A stretch of DNA of 56,230 nucleotides, the filler included, from Squatina squatina (lineage: Eukaryota), in NCBI GenBank assembly GCA_031763465.1. It is 3 parts of 3 records of this genome, joined end to end, with 100 filler letters (N's around TTAATTAATTAA, not from the genome) between each part and the next. Parts side by side here need not be neighbours in the genome. Positions count along the whole stretch, not along the records: positions 40,550 to 56,230 come from JARFOE010000039.1; 2 more parts are not named here. One strand, written 5' to 3'. Made by a program: the position numbers and the translations under genes. This document shows positions 50,101 to 56,230 of this stretch, piece by piece. The notes under the pieces are model-generated. The model was not told the DNA's origin. It saw nothing but the letters and a program-made list of their open reading frames with translations, and did no database searches. The stretch's first letter is position 1, and each line of letters opens with the position of its first letter.

Positions 50101-53100
50101 NNNNNNNNNNNNNNNNNNNNNNNNNNNNNNNNNNNNNNNNNNNNNNNNNNNNNNNNNNNNNNNNNNNNNNNNNNNNNNNNNNNNNNNNNNNNNNNNNNNN
50201 NNNNNNNNNNNNNNNNNNNNNNNNNNNNNNNNNNNNNNNNNNNNNNNNNNNNNNNNNNNNNNNNNNNNNNNNNNNNNNNNNNNNNNNNNNNNNNNNNNNN
50301 NNNNNNNNNNNNNNNNNNNNNNNNNNNNNNNNNNNNNNNNNNNNNNNNNNNNNNNNNNNNNNNNNNNNNNNNNNNNNNNNNNNNNNNNNNNNNNNNNNNN
50401 NNNNNNNNNNNNNNNNNNNNNNNNNNNNNNNNNNNNNNNNNNNNNNNNNNNNNNAGGAGGCTCGTGTGGAGCATAAACACCGCAGGGACTTGTTGGGGCG
50501 AATGGCCTGTTTCTGTGCTGTAACTATTTTTGAAAATTCTGATGGACAATACTGGCTTACAGGTAGCCTAGGGTCTGGAGCACAGTAGTTAAGGTTAACC
50601 AGTCATGTTATCCCTACTTGTTGTAGTCTCGGTCAATTAGAGGTCAATAAGTTGCTAATCTAGCGCACCAAGCCAGAAGAATGGGGGATGAAATGTTTCG
50701 CCACCTTTATCTTTATTTATAAAAAAATATATATTGCATCTGTGACATTTGGAGACACGCAAATTACATATGAATGGTTAACTCTGTCAAGCTGGCTGCT
50801 AATAGATGTTCTCTACCTCAGGGTGAAGCAGTCCACGCCAGGGATCTTCTTCTCAATGCTGGAAGCCGACACCACAATGCTCTGTACCTGGGTTGGTGAA
50901 CTCTTCTTGGAACTACACAATGGCTCCTACANNNNNNNNNNCCTACACTTCCCAGGCAAAGGTGGGAATCTTTATCATTTTTAAGCAGAAATCTCCTCCC
51001 TCTTCTGACATGATTAGTGATCACCTTTCAGTTTCCCAGACCGTGTTGAAACCCCAGCTATTGTATTAGATAGAATTGATTGAAGTCTTAAGATAAATAT
51101 GTGATGCAACCTTTGTGATCCTGCAGCAGGTAATAGTACACACACACACACATTATTAAAAAGCTGGTGTCTGTAAGTACGCATTTCCTATGCACGCATT
51201 TTACTTCCTGTCAACATGATTTCTTATGCGTATTGTGTTAACATTTAACGTTTAATCTGTGTAATCACTTATAATTCAGTTTCCTATGTAAACAGTTGAC
51301 CAAAACTTTGTTGATGAACCAGTGAATCATTCAAAATGTTTTTTTTCACAAAATTTATNNNNNNNNNNNNNNNGATTTTAAACAAAATTGAAATTTTAAA
51401 AATTGCATATATTTGATACAATTTATCCATTGAATTGGCTTCTGTATCTTCTAATACCTTGAATTGAAGTTTTTACTCTTAAGACCTAAGCCCCTCTCAC
51501 AGGTCTACGCATCAGCTGATTATTTTTGCTCACGGTAGTTGAGAGAGAGAGCGAGAGAGCATCCAATCACATCCCTGCATTAAACCTATACGGCGACAGG
51601 AGTAGAAAGATAAGAATAGGTGTGTTGCATTTCATGTAATGTTTTTTCACTGGAGGCCTTCATCCTTCATCCAAGAAACCTTAGTCTGGAGTTCTTGGTA
51701 GTTCCCAGTGCTATCACTCTCGGCTGAAGAGACTCAACCACATTGAAACTATGGCCCCGATATTTACGGGGTGGTGGGGAACTGGGGCGGACGATCAGTA
51801 AACCTGGAAATATGGGAAAGGGGAGGCCCTGCTGAGTTTAACGGCAGGACCACATTTGAATTTTTTTAAACTCTGTTTCCTGCATGGCAGCCAACCAGAT
51901 TGAGAGGCTGGTTGGCTGTGGGCAGGTAAGCCTGCGGCATTAGGCCGCACAGAGGAGGGCAGGTAAGCCTGCGGCACTAGGCCGTACAGTGGAGGGCAGG
52001 ATGGATCCTGTGGGTGTAAGGGGTGGTAGGAGGACCACGGGGAGGGACAGAGGAGCGGAGAGGGGTGTAGATCTAGAATGATTGGGGGCCGGAGCAGCGG
52101 TGGGGAGGGGCTGGGGAGGTCGGCAGTGACTCATCGGGGGTGGGTGGGAGGGTGCACAGNNNNNNNNNNNNNNNNNNNNNNNNNNNNNNNNNNNNNNNNN
52201 NNNNNNNNNNNNNNNNNNNNNNNNNNNNNNNNNNNNNNNNNNNNNNNNNNNNNNNNNNNTCGAGCTTCTTGAGTGTTGTTGGAGCTGCACTCATCCAGGC
52301 AAGTGGAGAGTATTCCATCACGCTCCTGACTTGTGCTTTGTAGATGGTGGAAAGGCGTTGGAGAGTCAGGAGTGTGAGACACGCACTACAGAATACCCAG
52401 CCTCTGACCCGCTCTTGTTGCCACTGCATTTATGTGGCTGGTCCAGTTAAGTTTCTGGTCAATGGTGATCGCCAGGATGTTGACAGTGGGAGATTCAGTG
52501 ATTGTAATGCCGTTGAATATCAAGGTGAGGTGGTTAAACTCTTGCTTATCGGAGATCATAGAGTATCATAGAATAGTACAGCGCAGAAGGAGGCTATTCA
52601 GCCCATCGAGTCTGCGCCGGCTCTTTTGAAGAGCAATCCAGTTAGTCCCACTCCCTCGCTCTTTCCCCATATCCCTACAATTTTTTTCTCCTCCAAGTAT
52701 TTATCCAATTTCCTTTTAAAGGCTACTATTGAATCTGTTCCCACCACCCTATCAGGCAGCGCATTCCAAATCCGAGCCACTCGCTGCTTAAAAATGGTTT
52801 TTCTTCATGTCGCCTCTGGTTCTTTTACCAATCCATACTCAATATACACCAAATAGTGATATTAACCACTTGAATCAAATAGTTTAAACAGGTCACTAGA
52901 TCTAATCCTTGAAGAGGCATTGGATGACAATGGCTTTTCTCCCTCATGTTAAATTAAACTTGGTTCAAGATTGGGTCCTTGAATTTGGATTCAGATTCCT
53001 CCTTAGCTCAAATGGAGGCTTCTCAGCAACAGTGCAAGTCAAAAATGATGCCTTTATTTCCCTTAATTAAGCACAGCAGAATGGTGCAAATTCTGCAGCA

Positions 53101-54003
53101 CCAAAACTGATTTGCATTCTTCCTCTCACGGTAGTTTTGCACGGGCCAACACACAACACTGCGGGTTTGAATTGTTGGTCAAATTGACATTGTGGCAGTC
53201 AGGTTGGTTAATGATGCTTTTAGTTTATTTGGTGAGTTTTAACTTAATGCAAATTGCTCCTTGGGAAGAACCTCATTGGATTAAGACCAAATACAGAGAA
53301 ACATCAGTCGCATAATGTATGCTAATTATATGTTCTATAAAATGATAGTGAATCTGTAATTATGTATACTTTTAGTACTGATTCAACAAACGAGAACTCC
53401 ATTTGTGCCATGATCTGCATCTATCATCTTCCTCTTTTTCTCTGGAGTGGGACTTGATCCCACAACCTCCTGACTCGGAGGCGAGAGTGCTACTGACCGA
53501 GCCACAGCTGACACAGTGGTTCAGTTTGGGTTTAGCTCAGACAGATCCTTTGTATAATGGAATAGGAATTGGAATTGATCTCATCTGGCATCCTTATTTT
53601 TTTTTGGTCATTAGGAAACTGGTGTCACAAGTGCTGCAATCTCTGGAGATAGTGTGCCCTGGCGGAGTCAGGGGAAGTGTACGATTCTCTATCCGTATCA
53701 GTGACACCAGCAAGATTCGCCAGGAAATTGTACTGGATGCCTGTTGTCCCTATATTAAGTTTAAAACTGAGGTGAGCAGAACCTGGGAACCCGAAAGCAT
53801 TCTGCCTCAAATCGTGCACTTAACAACCCGTTGGGCTTAACTCTGTTTCTCTGCTGTAGGTGGAATGGCACGAAGCACACAAGTTTCTGAAGGTGGAGTT
53901 CCCCACGACGGTGCACAGTCCCAACGCGACATACGAAATCCAATTTGGACACCTGCAGCGGCCAACACACCGCAACACCTCATGGGATTGGGCGCGCTTT
54001 GAG
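47106..54003 (+). CDS. MAN2C1: Cytosolic alpha-mannosidase 2C1 (GH38); fragmentary, six exons or exon pieces visible
   Basis: 47106-47295 [21 protein letters not shown]...[13 protein letters not shown] (GH38 zinc-binding HxD). 48468-48559 [20 protein letters not shown]... (cut by a gap). 48662-48807 [38 protein letters not shown]...DGLP. 50822-50931 ...[17 protein letters not shown] (cut by a gap). 53615-53771 KLVSQV...[17 protein letters not shown]. 53860-54003 [15 protein letters not shown]...[26 protein letters not shown]. Splice sites are canonical where visible. The remaining exons presumably fall in gaps. Confidence 0.95.
47620..48150. repeat. Minisatellite, about 24-bp unit (CACTGGGAACRCGGACTCGGTGGA), roughly 20+ degenerate copies, in a MAN2C1 intron
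   Basis: Direct tandem repeats visible, with occasional shorter (about 22 nt) variant units. Confidence 0.9.
48170..48380 (+). mobile_element. Deu-SINE 3' half
   Basis: tatttatccctcatgcaacatc...tctggtcatttatctcattactgtttgtgg...gtatataaatgcaaattctttcttt. Confidence 0.78.
49377..49583 (+). mobile_element. PIF/Harbinger-type Myb/SANT-like DNA-binding ORF fragment (runs into a gap), intronic in MAN2C1
   Basis: [35 protein letters not shown]...[25 protein letters not shown] fits the Myb_DNA-bind_5 pattern R..RF...L..LV..V......LF...W..........R...Q. Confidence 0.7.
52260..52555 (-). mobile_element. Non-LTR LINE ORF2 fragment
   Basis: [37 protein letters not shown], a post-RT thumb-region motif. 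Confidence 0.75.
52556..52830 (-). mobile_element. CR1 LINE 3' end
   Basis: [28 protein letters not shown] plus a tail ending in attctatga-like repeats. Confidence 0.8.
53440..53515 (-). mobile_element. SINE tRNA-like head
   Basis: Reverse complement gtgtcagctgtggctcggtcagtagcactctcgcctccgagtcaggaggttgtgggatcaagtcccactccaga. Confidence 0.7.
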
Positions 54004-54325
54004 GTACAGACAACACGGAATTGCATTACACAGGCACGGCGCACCCTTCAGCTATAGAACGGAAAAATGGGCCCAAAAAGTACATGGGAGTAAATCCAGC
54101 GTTAATAGATTGGTGCATTGTTCAGCATTTTGGGATTGAGAATTTGGGATCAGTGGCTCAGGACATAAACCTGGTACAGTACTGATTTGTTGAGTGATGG
54201 TGTCAGGAAGCACTTCTTCACACAAAGGGTAGTGGAAATCTGAAATTCTCTTTTCCCCAAAAAAGCTGTTGTGGCTGCGGGGGTCAAATGAAAATTTCAA
54301 GACTGAGAATAATGGATTTTTGTTA

Positions 54326-54881
54326 GAACATAGAACTAGGAGCAGGACTAGGCCCTTCGGCCCCTTGAGCCTGCTCCACCATTCAACAAGATCACGGCTG
54401 ATCTACCTCAACGCCATTTTCCTGCACTATCCACATATCCCTGGATGCCTTTAATATCTAAAAATCTATCAAACTCTGTATTGAATGTACTCAATGACTG
54501 AGCATCCACAGCCTTCTGAGGTGGTGAAGACATTTCTTTTCATTGCAGTCCTAAATGGCCTACCCCTTATTCTGGGACCGCGACCCCTAATTCTAGACTC
54601 CCGAGCCAGGGGAAACATCTCTATCCTGTCAAGCCCTGTAAGAATTTTGTATGTTTCAATGAGATCACCTCGCATTCTTCTAAACTCTAGAGAATATAGG
54701 CCTAGTCTACTCAATCTCTTAAAGGGCAATCCCCCCCGCCAACCCAGGACTCAGTCTGGTGAACCTTCGTTGCACTCCTTCTATGGCAAGTATAGCATTC
54801 CTTCGGTAAGGAGACCAAAACGGTACACAATACTCCAGATGCGGTCTCACCAAGGCCTGGTATAATTGTAGTAAGACGTCT
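54326..54881 (-). mobile_element. CR1 LINE 3' portion
   Basis: RLSRLGLYSLEFRRMRGDLIETYKILTGLDR...FPLARESRIRG, the canonical CR1 ORF2 C-terminus, plus tail. Confidence 0.88.
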
Positions 54882-55628
54882 NNNNNNNNNNNNNNNNNNN
54901 NNNNNNNNNNNNNNNNNNNNNNNNNNNNNNNNNNNNNNNNNNNNNNNNNNNNNNNNNNNNNNNNNNNNNNNNNNNNNNNNNTTCAAAACTCCCATTACCA
55001 AGCAGGGTATCTCAGAGCGAACGCGACCTCCAAAATGACCCCTGGTTATATCCCAACGCTCTATCCTCCCCACCAAAGGAGGATTGTCACTTGGTTGTTT
55101 TTGAAATGCCACCTCCAGTTTACTTGGGTTTGCCTCAGTCCATAAAGTGAGCTCATGTTGCCCACCCCACAAAACAGGACAACTGTAGCTTCAATACACA
55201 CATTTGAAGAAAACTGACTCAATGACAATGACAGCGTGTTACACAAACCAGTCGCCACCTTTAATTATGGATCTGTAAATAATTACATTGCAGCTTTAAC
55301 ACTGATGCTTTCAAGAAATTACATGGTAATTTTGAGAAGACTAGGATTTTTTTTTACAAAAACAATTGCTTCCCCCCCTCCACAGCCAGCCTCTGGCAAG
55401 CAGTAGTGTCCTTATTCTCTGGCCTGTATATAGGCCCATACCTGAACGCAATACAAATACGGACGGTCTCCCAGTTACCTACAAGGACTTTTGGATCCCA
55501 GTGCAACATTTCTGTCGTCGGTCCTCATNNNNNNNNNNNNNNNNNNNNNNNNNNNNNNNNNNNNNNNNNNNNNNNNNNNNNNNNNNNNNNNNNNNNNNNN
55601 NNNNNNNNNNNNNNNNNNNNNNNNNNNN

Positions 55629-55765
55629 CTGCTCTCCTTCGGAACAGTGCTTATGGGATCTTTTACTGGGAGTGTCAGCCGAGATTCTGCTCATGTTCCT
55701 GGAGTGGGGCTTGAACCCACGACCATCTGACTCAGAGGCGAGAGTCCTACCCCACTGAGCCAGGA
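55629..55765 (-). mobile_element. SINE head (SacSINE1-related)
   Basis: Reverse complement tggctcagtggggtaggactctcgcctctgagtcagatggtcgtgggttcaagccccactccagg. Confidence 0.7.
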
Positions 55766-55887
55766 TTGACACCGTTCGAACTGCCCAATGAGGAAACAGC
55801 TCACTGTGAACGGTAACTGCTGGGTCTACCCCAGCAGCAGGCAGCACCGAGGTGAGTCTGGAAACGCACAACATGTCAGTTACTCAC

Positions 55888-56016
55888 GTAAGGAGTGAAG
55901 ATTTTCACCCAGCGCGGTTTCTTTTCACCACGGATGTACTCGAAGCAGAACGCCATTCCCTCCTCGTCTGTGTCCCACTGGTGCACCTCCTCCCACTCAA
56001 ACATGATCACCTGGTT
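55888..56016 (-). CDS. SNX27: Sorting nexin-27-like exon (C-terminal FERM F3 region)
   Basis: 129-nt phase-0 exon with an AG acceptor and GTGAGT donor. It encodes [43 protein letters not shown], nearly identical to recalled SNX27 [43 protein letters not shown]. Orthologue versus paralogue is unresolved. Confidence 0.85.
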
Positions 56017-56230
56017 CTTTTTCAACAAAAATACAAAACTTCAGCACTTTCTCCACATTCACTCTCTGACCAAAATGCTGGAGCAAAGCATGTTGGAATA
56101 CCCCGACTATTTGGGCTACTTTAAAATATTCTAACAATGACATAATAGAAGGCCTAGAAATTGGATAAGGCCCAAAAACGGGTGCTGGCAGCGCAAAGCC
56201 CGATGTGCCCATGCCCATTCAAAATGTTGC

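Noticed and set aside
49305-50588. 427-aa ORF as a full gene
   Set aside because: Only the first part (Myb/SANT-like) is real sequence; the rest is the N-gap plus a CR1 tail.
47106-54003. MAN2C1 or SIN3A as pseudogenes because of missing exons
   Set aside because: Visible exons are intact with proper splice sites, and the losses coincide with assembly gaps.

Overview
Eukaryotic (vertebrate) genomic DNA from a fragmented, gap-rich scaffold. It has many nominal ~100-N gaps, two ~900-N gaps and two artificial TTAATTAATTAA linkers. The repeat content (SacSINE1-like Deu-domain SINEs, CR1 and L2 LINE fragments, Penelope-like palindromes, a Harbinger Myb/SANT fragment) points to a cartilaginous fish, which is an inference. 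Manual splicing gives four genes. (1) A complete, compact ZPAX-like egg-envelope gene on the minus strand with 22 coding exons (16005->6854, about 923 aa), one GC-AG intron and no visible furin site or transmembrane segment. (2) One partial exon of SIN3A on the plus strand. (3) Six exons or exon fragments of MAN2C1 on the plus strand, downstream of SIN3A as in human 15q24. (4) One exon of an SNX27-like gene on the minus strand, convergent with MAN2C1 where human has NEIL1. There is no prokaryotic-type system (CRISPR, operon). Most ORFs in the supplied track are spurious or read through N-gaps. Gene identities come from my recall of the homologous proteins, not from a database search.
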